Source: Candidatus Thorarchaeota archaeon (GTDB taxonomy: Archaea > Asgardarchaeota > Thorarchaeia > Thorarchaeales > Thorarchaeaceae). Taken from it: 64,000 nucleotides of DNA. Positions 39,178 through 48,839 of this stretch are shown here, piece after piece. A model generated the notes under the pieces. That model was not told the origin of the DNA and made no database searches. It worked only from the letters and a program-made list of their open reading frames with translations. Location: NCBI GenBank assembly GCA_029858305.1, contig JAOUFI010000003.1:38662-102661 (forward strand), in the 5' to 3' direction. Each line of letters starts with the position of its first letter. Positions within the stretch are counted from its first letter, which is position 1. Made by a program: the position numbers and the translations under genes.

Positions 39178-40440
39178 ATGGTCGAAGATTCGAAGCTCTC
39201 AGGATTTTTCAAACTATCACGAGATGAACGTGTGAAGAAGCTCATGGAAGTCACTGGGCTAGGAGAAGAGGATCTCGAACCACTTATCAATCCGGGCAAG
39301 GTAGACCTAGATATTCTCGACCATATGATTGAGAATGTTGTTGGTGCGATGACTCTTCCTCTGGGCATTGCAACCAACTTCAAGGTCAATGGGAAAGACT
39401 ACTTGATTCCTATGGCGCTTGAGGAACCATCAGTTGTAGCTGCAGCAAGCAATGCTGCAAGAATGGCAAGAGAACTAGGAGGATTCACTGCGACTGACAC
39501 AGGACCTATTATGATTGCGCAGATACAGGTTGTTGAAGTTCCCACTCCACATGCCGCAAAGAATAGGATCATGGAAAACAAGGAAGAATTATTGAAATTC
39601 GCGAATGAGCAAGATCCAATCCTCGTCCGTTTTGGAGGAGGTGCAAGAGACCTCAGGGTTCGTATAATTGAATCCTCTGTAGGTGAGATGCTCGTCACCG
39701 AACTCATTGTCGATACTCGGGATGCCATGGGCGCGAATGCGGTCAACACGATGGCTGAAGCTTTAGCTCCTCGAATCGAGAAACTGACTGGTGGAAGAGT
39801 GATTCTGAGAATCCTCTCTAATCTCGCTGAGTTCAGACTTGTGCGTGTAAGAGCGACCTTCGATAAGGAGTTGCTAGGTGGCGAAGAGGTCGTAAGAGAT
39901 ATCATTACAGCCTGGGCTTTTGCTGAGGCGGACCCCTATCGATGTGCTACGCATAACAAGGGTATCATGAACGGGATTGATGCGGTTGTTATTGCCACAG
40001 GCAATGATTTCAGAGCAATCGAGGCAGGAGCCCATAGCTATGCATCTGTTGGTGGATACAGTTCACTCACAAAATATGAGAGGGATATAGATGGTAACTT
40101 GGTTGGCTCAATTGAAATTCCCATGGCAGTCGGACTTGTGGGTGGTGCGACAAAAGTCCATCCTGTTGCCCGAGCATGTGTGAAGATACTCGGAGTAAAA
40201 ACAGCACTTGAATTAGGTCACATTATTGCCAGTGTTGGATTAGCACAGAATCTAGCAGCTCTGAGGGCTCTAGCTTCAGAAGGAATTCAGAAGGGGCATA
40301 TGGCACTCCATGCTCGAAACGTTGCTGCTACAGCTGGCGCTCGCGGAGATCAAATAGATGTTATCGCAGAACGACTTGTTATGGAGAAGAATGTTAAAGT
40401 CGAGAGAGCAAAAGAACTCCTTGACGAGATAACCAATTAA
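39178..40440 (+). CDS. mvaA: HMG-CoA reductase, class II (bacterial type)
   Basis: ENVVG, EEPSVVAAAS, DAMGANAVNT, THNKGIMNG, EGIQKGHMALH. Confidence 0.95.
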   Translation: MVEDSKLSGFFKLSRDERVKKLMEVTGLGEEDLEPLINPGKVDLDILDHMIENVVGAMTLPLGIATNFKVNGKDYLIPMALEEPSVVAAASNAARMARELGGFTATDTGPIMIAQIQVVEVPTPHAAKNRIMENKEELLKFANEQDPILVRFGGGARDLRVRIIESSVGEMLVTELIVDTRDAMGANAVNTMAEALAPRIEKLTGGRVILRILSNLAEFRLVRVRATFDKELLGGEEVVRDIITAWAFAEADPYRCATHNKGIMNGIDAVVIATGNDFRAIEAGAHSYASVGGYSSLTKYERDIDGNLVGSIEIPMAVGLVGGATKVHPVARACVKILGVKTALELGHIIASVGLAQNLAALRALASEGIQKGHMALHARNVAATAGARGDQIDVIAERLVMEKNVKVERAKELLDEITN

Positions 40441-40592
40441 GAAACACTCTCAGATTCCAATTTTCTTTATCAACATTGGACAGTAAATGATGCAATAGTA
40501 CCTTGCCGTTCGTAGCATGCTTTTGCATCAAGAAGTTTTTAGCCTAATAGTTCACTAACAAGAGCGTGAAGTAATCACGTTGGAGCGGTGAG

Positions 40593-41390
40593 TTGAAGAT
40601 GGCAATCATTCATGAAGATAGGTTTTCAGTTACCTGTGCTAATTGCGGTGCAAGGTATACCTATCGCTCGGAGAACATAAACGCGAACGGTCAAGTGCAG
40701 TGTCAAAACTGCGGAAAGTGGGTAACAGCCGTTGGAGTACCATTAGCAGGAGAGCGACCTCCGGTTGGCGAATTGGAGTCCTATATTCCATGGAATAAAA
40801 GAGAACCAAAAGTGGAGAATGAGATTCCAAGATTGCTTGCTCACGGGTTCATCTATTCAATACTTTCGCTGGCTATTTCTTTCATTTTCATGATGATGGT
40901 GGTCATTTTTGCGATTTTCGGCGGATTCATAGGAATTATCATTGCACTACTCGTATTGGCAGAAATGATAGGCGGTGTAAATATAGCATTGGCTGATGCC
41001 GTGTGGCAAATCAAGTGTAGATCAGGCCAGGTAAGTCTGCTCGGGCATGGCGGTCTATTGTTTTTATTCCTATTAATTACTGGCATACTGGGATTGCCAC
41101 TAGCATTCAGTTTGGCGATGATGGGATCTTCCTTATACATCATTAGTCAACTTCTCTATCTATTCATTTTCTCTCTCATTGATGGTTTTGTTTGTAGATT
41201 TGTGGCTTTGCAATTTGAGATTGGAACAGATGATGGACGCTCTTTGGCAGAGGGCTATATATCCGCGACCTGTCCTCATTGTAACTCAAGATATGCCTAT
41301 GATTCCTCTTCAATAGATGAGAAAGGAACTGTGGCATGTCAGAACTGTACATACAGGTTCATACTTCCTGTGGGGGTCGAACTGGGGTAG
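40593..41390 (+). CDS. Membrane protein with N- and C-terminal zinc ribbons
   Basis: CANCG...CQNCG, about 4 TM, CPHCN...CQNC. Confidence 0.65.
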   Translation: MKMAIIHEDRFSVTCANCGARYTYRSENINANGQVQCQNCGKWVTAVGVPLAGERPPVGELESYIPWNKREPKVENEIPRLLAHGFIYSILSLAISFIFMMMVVIFAIFGGFIGIIIALLVLAEMIGGVNIALADAVWQIKCRSGQVSLLGHGGLLFLFLLITGILGLPLAFSLAMMGSSLYIISQLLYLFIFSLIDGFVCRFVALQFEIGTDDGRSLAEGYISATCPHCNSRYAYDSSSIDEKGTVACQNCTYRFILPVGVELG

Positions 41391-41509
41391 TTTCAGTTCC
41401 ATTATGGGATGGACGAAATAGGATTGTCGTGGCACTTCTACTAGCTACCTGTGTGCTCAGGAGAAGCCCGTTTGCATGACTGCGGTGGTTTCAGGATATG
41501 TCGATAGTT

Positions 41510-41554
41510 TTGTGCGGCACCTATATGTCAGCAATACATATTTGTGCAGCACAA
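41510..41554. promoter_or_regulatory. Pair of palindromic sites (putative operator)
   Basis: TTGTGCGGCAC and perfect palindrome TTGTGCAGCACAA, centres 32 bp apart, upstream of the SNAP-like gene. Confidence 0.3.
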
Positions 41555-41620
41555 GCACCTAAGCAACATCCATCTCGTTCTCAGTTGATATGAGATTGGA
41601 GTGTTTCGAGGTCGAGATTA

Positions 41621-42355
41621 ATGGAAGATGAATGCACACAATGGGAACGCCTCGCAAATGAGTTCTTGGAGACTGACAATTTCTACCAGGCTGCGAATCA
41701 GTTCAAACAGGCTGCAAGCTGCTATCTCGACCGTGTTGTTGAGATGACTAAAAAAGCTGCAGAGTATTATCATATGTATGCTGAAGATCGTGTTGAGAAG
41801 GACGATCACAAGGCTGCTGCAACAGCATATCTGGAGGCAGCAACGCAATACAGACAAACGGGTGACTTTTCGACAGCCTTGACAATATATGAGAATGCCG
41901 CAAAGGAAGCTCTTCTTGAGAGAATGACGGAAACCGCAGCTCAGGCATATCTCTGGGCAGCTTTTTCATGCCACAGAACAGGGAATCGAGAGTACTTCCT
42001 AACCTGCGCACAGAATATGGGGAACCTCTATGATAAAGCAGCTGAGAAAGCAATCGATAATGGAAACGCTGAACGTGCTGTGATAAACCTCTCACTCGCA
42101 GCTATGGGTTTTACTACAATAGAGAAGATTGAGAAAGCTAGAGAAAGAATCGACAAAGCAAAGAAGATTATTGGTAAAACCAACTGGGATTGGTTAAAGA
42201 CTCTTTTAGAGTTCAGTGAAAATCTTGCTGAGAATCGCCTCGAAGAAGCTGATGACCTCCTCAAGATATTCAAGGAAGAAGAAGCAATCCAAGAAGTCAT
42301 GGGCGCCTGTTTAAGCATTCGGGAAGAGATTGAACGTAAGCGTAGGAAAAAATAG
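41621..42355 (+). CDS. Alpha-SNAP-like TPR helical-repeat protein
   Basis: All-helical repeats AANQFKQAASCY / AATAYLEAATQYRQ / AAQAYLWAA resembling NSF-attachment-protein repeats. Confidence 0.6.
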   Translation: MEDECTQWERLANEFLETDNFYQAANQFKQAASCYLDRVVEMTKKAAEYYHMYAEDRVEKDDHKAAATAYLEAATQYRQTGDFSTALTIYENAAKEALLERMTETAAQAYLWAAFSCHRTGNREYFLTCAQNMGNLYDKAAEKAIDNGNAERAVINLSLAAMGFTTIEKIEKARERIDKAKKIIGKTNWDWLKTLLEFSENLAENRLEEADDLLKIFKEEEAIQEVMGACLSIREEIERKRRKK

Positions 42356-42359
42356 ATTC

Positions 42360-43610
42360 CTAGCCGACTCGGACCATTACAGTCTTTACAACTTCTTGTC
42401 TAGTACGACCATCTGTAGTGTTAATAGTGACTAGTTGTTCGCCTTGACTGATTGCCCTCACAAAGATTTGGAAATGGATAGTTTCGCCACTACCAAGAAA
42501 GTTAATGGCCTTCTCTTCGTTTCCCAAAGATATCTCAAGACCCTCGGAAAGAATTGTCTTGATCAGAATATTATCCGCTGGACCATCTCCAATATTCTTC
42601 AGATTTACCTCTATAATAGCTTCATCTCCGAGAGCGCATGACACGCGTTCGGGAGAGACCTTCAAATCAAGATCAGATGGCGCTCGTGCAATCAGAAATT
42701 CAATTTTGTTGCTATGTTTATGAACAAGAACCTTCTCGCCTTCCAGAGTCACAGTGTAGGGGCCTATTATACCAGTCCCACTTAGAACCGGACTGAATTC
42801 AATCAACCAGGATTCATTCTTTGATGGATTCGTGGTAAATTCCGGTTCTTTCTTCAAGATGACACTATTTGAGAGAGAGACTCGATGGTCTACAATTCGA
42901 ACCTCAGTCGGACAATGAAATTGTAGCTCTAATTCGATTGGACTTTTAACAGGGACTTCTTGTTGCTCTGGTCCAGCCCAGCTCAGTCGTACCTCTGTAT
43001 CAAGTGCAAGTCTTACAGAACTCACAACGAATTCTACAAGTGGCTGTTCAGGAACAGATGGTTTTGCACTTCGTGCTGCTTTCTCAAAAATCGCCTTTGA
43101 AATATCTGCAGCATCACAAAGAATTGATACACATAGCTTTGCGAGTTCATATATGGGATCAATCTTTCCAGATAATTCACCAAGTCTTTTCTCTGCCTTT
43201 CTCAGGATATTTGTTGCTGTTTCAAAGTTTCTTGCCCCAAGATATCCAAGAATTGCTATACCAAGAGCGCGATTTGAGTTACGTGGTTTCCTATCACGAT
43301 GTAGATGGTCCGACGATTCCGAATAAAGTCCACCACCCTCATCATAACGACCTTCCATGAAAAGACATTCAGCAGCAGCAATTTTCATCTCCGCACATCT
43401 GGAATGGTCATTACTCTCTAAAGCAGTATATGCTGCCTCTCGAAAATACTTCACTGCGAAATCAATCTGTTCTTCTTGAAGAAATAGTCTTGCAGCTTTC
43501 TCAAACTCGATACTAGCATATTGAGGAAATCCCTCCTCAATCTCAATAAGAGCCTTCTCAACGTATTTCTTGGCTTTCTTTGCAGGGTCAGTCTTCAAGA
43601 ACTTGAACAT
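42360..43610 (-). CDS. SNAP/TPR-like solenoid fused to two Ig-like (CARDB/BatD-type) domains
   Basis: N-terminal ASIEFEKAARLF...AVKYFREAA repeats; C-terminal beta domains incl. VNLKNIGDGPADNI...LGSGET; start taken at ATG 43610. Confidence 0.6.
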   Translation of the reverse strand: MFKFLKTDPAKKAKKYVEKALIEIEEGFPQYASIEFEKAARLFLQEEQIDFAVKYFREAAYTALESNDHSRCAEMKIAAAECLFMEGRYDEGGGLYSESSDHLHRDRKPRNSNRALGIAILGYLGARNFETATNILRKAEKRLGELSGKIDPIYELAKLCVSILCDAADISKAIFEKAARSAKPSVPEQPLVEFVVSSVRLALDTEVRLSWAGPEQQEVPVKSPIELELQFHCPTEVRIVDHRVSLSNSVILKKEPEFTTNPSKNESWLIEFSPVLSGTGIIGPYTVTLEGEKVLVHKHSNKIEFLIARAPSDLDLKVSPERVSCALGDEAIIEVNLKNIGDGPADNILIKTILSEGLEISLGNEEKAINFLGSGETIHFQIFVRAISQGEQLVTINTTDGRTRQEVVKTVMVRVG

Positions 43611-43754
43611 CTGTAGGAACCTCACACTTCCTCTGAGCATTTGATTGAGAGTGAACATCCGCTATATCGCTTTCGGCTTGAGACGAACAAGTTTTCAGGA
43701 ACGACCATTTCAAAAGCAAGTCGTTGCTTGTAGAAAATTGAGGTTGTCTTTAAT

Positions 43755-44963
43755 ATGATTGAACATCCGCATTATTGGCATGACCCCCTAAAGGATCGTT
43801 TCAATGTAACAATTGAATCAGTAATCGAAGCCAATGGTCATACATTCGTCAGGATTCACGAACCTGTGGTGAAACCGTCAGGCGGAGGACAAGCTGGTGA
43901 CCGCGGATTCATTCAAATCAATGGAAACACCTTCGAATTCATCGATACAGTTCTTATAGATGATGAACCAAAGTTATTGATGAAAACTTCACCTCAAGAA
44001 AAAGGGGAGTCAATTCTCATCATTGATATGGCATGGCGTAGAGCTATGATGAGGAACCATACCTCTGAACACCTTTTCGTTGGCAATATGAAAAGGAAAT
44101 TTCCGACGATTGATCTTGGAAAGATCTGGATTGACGGACATCATGGCTCAGTAAAGTTAATTGGAAATCCATTGAGCGTAGAGGAGATTCTTGACGTTGA
44201 ATCACAAGTTCAGCAATACATTGCCGATGCAATCGATGTACAAACAAAGATTGTTCCTGCAAGTGACGTTGATGAATCAGTGAGAGCAAGAGAAGGAATC
44301 ACTTCCAAGCATGATGTAATTCGAATTGTTGAAGTGGGAGATCTTGATAGCTCAGCTTGTGCGGGGATACATGTTACAAATACAAGTGATATTCATGTCT
44401 TTAAAGTGATAGACATAAAGTATCAAGATGATGGCACCCACATTGAGTTTATTACAAGTGAAAATGCTGTGGAAGAAATCTTCGAGGTCTATAACGCAGC
44501 ATTGAGAAGAAAGAACTCCTATCCTTTCGAACTACACCAACTAGGCGCAGTCTTAGATAAGGCAAGGAATCAACAAGAGGCATACGAAGGAGCCCTTCAG
44601 ATAATTACTCAGCTTATGACAGAAGGCCCGCATAAAGAGAGAGTGGGCGAAATTAATTTCTGGCACGAGTATCTCCCAGGATTTGATGCCAATACTATGC
44701 GCAATATTATGAAGGAGATCAAATCTGACTCGGCATCGATAATTCTATTTCTTGCTCCAGGTGAAAAAACAAGCTTTGTGCTCTGGACAAAGAATATGCC
44801 TAAAGATGCGGCCTGTTATATTCAGGACATCATGATAGAACTTGGAGGGCGAGGAGGAGGTAAGAAAGATTCATTCACTGGAGGATTCACAGATGTTACT
44901 AATCCCCTAAATCTGTATCAAGAGATCGTGGAAAGAGTGAGGAGAAAGATTCACATCAATTGA
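43755..44963 (+). CDS. alaX: Free-standing alanyl-tRNA editing protein (AlaX-L type with C-Ala/DHHA1-like tail)
   Basis: GGGQAGDRG, RNHTSEH (HxxxH), CAGIH (CxxxH), C-terminal GGRGGG. Confidence 0.85.
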   Translation: MIEHPHYWHDPLKDRFNVTIESVIEANGHTFVRIHEPVVKPSGGGQAGDRGFIQINGNTFEFIDTVLIDDEPKLLMKTSPQEKGESILIIDMAWRRAMMRNHTSEHLFVGNMKRKFPTIDLGKIWIDGHHGSVKLIGNPLSVEEILDVESQVQQYIADAIDVQTKIVPASDVDESVRAREGITSKHDVIRIVEVGDLDSSACAGIHVTNTSDIHVFKVIDIKYQDDGTHIEFITSENAVEEIFEVYNAALRRKNSYPFELHQLGAVLDKARNQQEAYEGALQIITQLMTEGPHKERVGEINFWHEYLPGFDANTMRNIMKEIKSDSASIILFLAPGEKTSFVLWTKNMPKDAACYIQDIMIELGGRGGGKKDSFTGGFTDVTNPLNLYQEIVERVRRKIHIN

Positions 44964-44964
44964 A

Positions 44965-46599
44965 TTATCCTGTGTCAGTATTCGACCAGATAATCGACTC
45001 ATCCCAATTGATGGAAAACACAGACATCTCAGGCCCAGCGCAGATCACATTGTCGGATAATGTAATTCTGAATAGTTCGGTAATGGGAATGTTAAGAATA
45101 GATGCAACATAGATGAACCAATCTCTCCAAGAAGTGGTGTAGTTGCAGCCACGGTCTCTCAACCACTCAAATGTTTCATGGATAGTAAAGTTCCCGTGTG
45201 CAAGCTCAGGGGTAACAAGATGTGCCAAGTCGAACACCGTTCTGTTGCCAAAGTATCTAATAGCACCTGCATCGAAAATCGCAAACTTGGCATCAGGTGG
45301 AGTATTCTCGTAGATCCATTGACCAATTGTAACTTGCATTTCATTGATGTTCTTAACACTATTACCAAAGAAATCTGCTTGTCTTACGAACGCTGGTGTT
45401 GTCGGGACTAATATTATGAGAATGAGTATCGTAGCGGCAAGAGAATAGGATAGATCAATTTTAAGATTTGGAGGATTTTTCCAAAGCTGATCTATAAGCA
45501 CTCCCACGACAGTAACACTGATTATTGTCAGAAGGAAAATCAGAGGAGTCATGTAACGGGCATTATTGACAAGAACCGCATAAGGAATTGAAGTAAAATA
45601 AACAATCAACATCGTGATTAAGAAAATCCAAGCATATGATTTGCCTTTGAATATGAGGAGAATTCCACCAAATAGGCCTATAATCGTGAAAGGAAACTCT
45701 CTGAAAGTTGCGGCCCAAAACTCATTCCATATCGTTATGGAAGAGAGTGATATAGCGCCACTTTTTGCATAGAATGTATCGGAAAGTGGATAACCTGTCA
45801 CAGAGATACAGTGCATAATCCATGGAACTACTATGGCACAAGCTAAAAGAAGAGATGTTCCAAAACTAAGCAATCGTCTTAAATTTAGCTCATGTCCTTT
45901 CCATGTCGTTAGAAGACGGATGGGTAGTCCGACTATAAGAAAGAACACTCCTTCAGGACGAGTAAGAAAAAGCAAACCGCCTATTACACCCATAAAGAGA
46001 TCATATTTCCAACCGGGTTTGTCGGCATTGTAGATTCCTACAAGGATTAAGAGAATGAATAGTGGGCTCTCCATACCAGACAGCATTAACCATGCACCAC
46101 GGGGAGTCAGTACAAATCCGACTATCGATAAATGAGCGAAAAGATTGCTTTTGGTATAATCTCGTACTATGATACTGGCAAGGAATGCAGAGGCAATGAA
46201 AAGAATTGTGGAAATAAAGTAGACCTGTGAAATCAGAGATGTTGGCTCGGAGGATAGAAAAAACAATAGTGAAAGAAGTATTGCCCACAAAGGACTAGTG
46301 GCGCCTGTCGATGGATATCCAGGGGAATACTCCCATGGTCGACCTTCGTGGATGCTTCGAGCGTACTCAATATGGATCCACGAATCATCTAATGGAAATC
46401 CTGCATAAGTCCATCTGGCCATTGTTTGCAAGTAAAACAAACAGACTAACAAAACTGCAATTGTCGCTGAAATGAACAATCCGATACTTGTTTTCTTCCT
46501 ATTGAGAAGTTTACTGACGTATGATAAGAAATTTGAATAAGGCCTAGAGTCTATTTTTGTAGAACTTTTTTCCTCTAGAACCCCTCTTTCCAGAGACAC
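44965..46599 (-). CDS. GT-C fold membrane glycosyltransferase (ArnT/PMT-like), paralog A
   Basis: LDDSWIH, TGATSPLW, LSGMES, TRPEG, TFYAK, DAGAIRYF; polytopic. Confidence 0.7.
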   Translation of the reverse strand: MSLERGVLEEKSSTKIDSRPYSNFLSYVSKLLNRKKTSIGLFISATIAVLLVCLFYLQTMARWTYAGFPLDDSWIHIEYARSIHEGRPWEYSPGYPSTGATSPLWAILLSLLFFLSSEPTSLISQVYFISTILFIASAFLASIIVRDYTKSNLFAHLSIVGFVLTPRGAWLMLSGMESPLFILLILVGIYNADKPGWKYDLFMGVIGGLLFLTRPEGVFFLIVGLPIRLLTTWKGHELNLRRLLSFGTSLLLACAIVVPWIMHCISVTGYPLSDTFYAKSGAISLSSITIWNEFWAATFREFPFTIIGLFGGILLIFKGKSYAWIFLITMLIVYFTSIPYAVLVNNARYMTPLIFLLTIISVTVVGVLIDQLWKNPPNLKIDLSYSLAATILILIILVPTTPAFVRQADFFGNSVKNINEMQVTIGQWIYENTPPDAKFAIFDAGAIRYFGNRTVFDLAHLVTPELAHGNFTIHETFEWLRDRGCNYTTSWRDWFIYVASILNIPITELFRITLSDNVICAGPEMSVFSINWDESIIWSNTDTG

Positions 46600-46715
46600 A
46601 ACGAAATACCTTCTTCACGATTTCTAATTATCAAATACTCAAATATTCCATATCATTCTAATCATGGAACAGTGGACAGATTAATACATACAAAAAGAAG
46701 CACTATTCTGAAGTA

Positions 46716-47225
46716 TCAACTGATTTTGTACTTTTTAGCAATCTCAATCCAAAACCTCTTCACTGCCCAAGGAACTGCAAGGAACTCTTCTCTGAAGGCG
46801 TCAAAATTCAAACCTTGAACCATCATCTCTTGAGAGGTGCCAATCATCCCTTTGCTCTCATTAAAATCAAAACACACCTCTGCATACTTCCTGTTTGCGC
46901 GGAGTAAATCAAGGAATGCATCCTTTCTTTTTTCCTCAGGAATTTTATCGATTGGGATCACATCAGTGTAGACCTGAATCCAACGCTCACCTAGCAAAAT
47001 CTTGATTGTATAACTGAACGATTTTCCATTATCTTTAGAATCGGGAGTGAATGTCTTTGCATCTTTTCTTTCACTGAAAATCAATTCAAAGATGCCTTCT
47101 TTATCATCCCAAGTATATTTCATATCTAAGAGGTCTAAATATTCTTCAATCTGTCTTCTAAGGTCGACCAAAGTCTTTACCACTGAATACAAATTCCTAG
47201 CCTTCGATTTAAGGGTTTGTGACAA
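46716..47225 (-). CDS. YbjN / type-III-chaperone-fold protein
   Basis: IEEYLDLLDMKY...WIQVYT...LDLLRANRKYAEVCFDF, same pattern as 27785..28228. Confidence 0.55.
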   Translation of the reverse strand: MSQTLKSKARNLYSVVKTLVDLRRQIEEYLDLLDMKYTWDDKEGIFELIFSERKDAKTFTPDSKDNGKSFSYTIKILLGERWIQVYTDVIPIDKIPEEKRKDAFLDLLRANRKYAEVCFDFNESKGMIGTSQEMMVQGLNFDAFREEFLAVPWAVKRFWIEIAKKYKIS

Positions 47226-47240
47226 GATGAAAAAGGGATT

Positions 47241-48839
47241 CTAACTGAAACTAGTGTATTCCCAAAAGATATGATAGACAGACATCGAATCTCGACCACA
47301 GATGACATTCTCTTCGAGATGAACAGTGAATTCAATTTCGATGGAATTGTAGGGGAAGAATCGATAGTAGTATGAGAACAGTTCTGGGAAGAATACGATG
47401 TAATTGCATCCTTTGTCATGTAAATATTGTATCTTCTCAGTATCAGTCATGTTCCCATGTATTATATCAGGACTTACTAGACCAGCAAGATCAATCATTG
47501 TTCTATTTGAAAAAAATCTCAAAGCTCCAGCATCATGAGTGGCAAATATAGCATTGGGAGGTGTGTTTTCATTGAGCCATTGTCCAATCTCGACCTGCAT
47601 GTCGTTGATGTTTCCGGCAGCCTTTCCGTAGAATGTAGCTTGGTAGGAATAACTTGGAATCATGGGAACTATTATCAAAACAGCTATTACAAGAACACTT
47701 AGAGATTTCACTGATAATGTATCGGGCATCTCTAAAAATCCCAAGAAAACTACCCTGAACATGATTGCAATTGAGGCAATCGCAGCAATCAGAAAGAGAT
47801 CAAAAACGGGCAGTAGGTAGCGATTATTATTGATGAGAGAGGCATAGGGAGTGGATAGACGATATAGAACTGTAAGAGATGTAGGGATTAACCAAGCAAA
47901 TGGACGCCCTTTTACAATCAAGATTATACCAAGAAAAGCTGCAACAGGAAGAAAGGGCAGCTCTCGCACAAAATACGTCCAGAATATATCCCAGGCTTCA
48001 ATTTCTGTGGTTGTAGGACTATGAACTTTGGCATAGAAAGTATCAGGCAAGGGATAGCCGGTCACACTCAGGCAATGGAGGACCCATGGTAGAGCCACCA
48101 TCAATGCCATTGCACCTGAGAGCAGGAGAACACCAAATCTGACAAGTGTGACCTTTCGTTTAAGAGTAAGAATCACGAACCGGACGAGAATACAAAATAT
48201 AATGATAATACCCTCTGGCCTTGCGAGGAATGCAAGCCCAGCCAGAACACCAAGCATCAAGTCATACTTCATCTCATCCTTGTCAAGTACTGCAATAGAA
48301 AGAAGCAAGATAAAAACGAAAACTGGCGTTTCCATGCCTGAGAGCATCAACCAAGAATTTCTTGGTACCAATACAAATGCAACAGATGCTACAATTCCCC
48401 ATTCAATACTCTCCAAATAATTGGCAATGATTCGACCTGCAAGATACGTCGAAAAAATGTAAAAGATAGCTGAAATGATGTACACACCCCAGATGATACC
48501 AGATGGTTCTGAAGTAAACCAAAAAATACATGAAAGAATCACTGACCAAAGAGGGCTTGTTGAACCTGTACTCGGATAGCCAGGAGAATACTCCCAGGGT
48601 ATGCCCTCGTAGATTGTTCTTGCAAACTGAACATGAATCCATGAATCATCCAGTGTGAGACCAGGTGCTGCAATTGACAGCATTGTTAGTAGATAGTGTA
48701 AACAGGAAAGCGTGGTGACGACAGAAGCTGTGAGTGCCAGAATACAATCATTGCGATGTTGCCTAATATACATACGAAAGCGCGCCAGTGCATTGTCAAC
48801 CTCAGGTTGTTCCAAATCAGCCTGATTAATAGTGCCCAC
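47241..48839 (-). CDS. GT-C fold membrane glycosyltransferase (ArnT/PMT-like), paralog B
   Basis: LDDSWIH, PWEYSPGYPSTGSTSPLW, LSGMET, ARPEG, TFYAK, HDAGALRFF; start uncertain (GTG 48839 chosen, ORF open to 49001). Confidence 0.7.
   Translation of the reverse strand: MGTINQADLEQPEVDNALARFRMYIRQHRNDCILALTASVVTTLSCLHYLLTMLSIAAPGLTLDDSWIHVQFARTIYEGIPWEYSPGYPSTGSTSPLWSVILSCIFWFTSEPSGIIWGVYIISAIFYIFSTYLAGRIIANYLESIEWGIVASVAFVLVPRNSWLMLSGMETPVFVFILLLSIAVLDKDEMKYDLMLGVLAGLAFLARPEGIIIIFCILVRFVILTLKRKVTLVRFGVLLLSGAMALMVALPWVLHCLSVTGYPLPDTFYAKVHSPTTTEIEAWDIFWTYFVRELPFLPVAAFLGIILIVKGRPFAWLIPTSLTVLYRLSTPYASLINNNRYLLPVFDLFLIAAIASIAIMFRVVFLGFLEMPDTLSVKSLSVLVIAVLIIVPMIPSYSYQATFYGKAAGNINDMQVEIGQWLNENTPPNAIFATHDAGALRFFSNRTMIDLAGLVSPDIIHGNMTDTEKIQYLHDKGCNYIVFFPELFSYYYRFFPYNSIEIEFTVHLEENVICGRDSMSVYHIFWEYTSFS

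Noticed and set aside
40488-40530. TGATGCAA...TTGCATCA inverted repeat as a structured RNA
   Set aside because: Single 8-bp stem with no recognisable riboswitch or ncRNA motif
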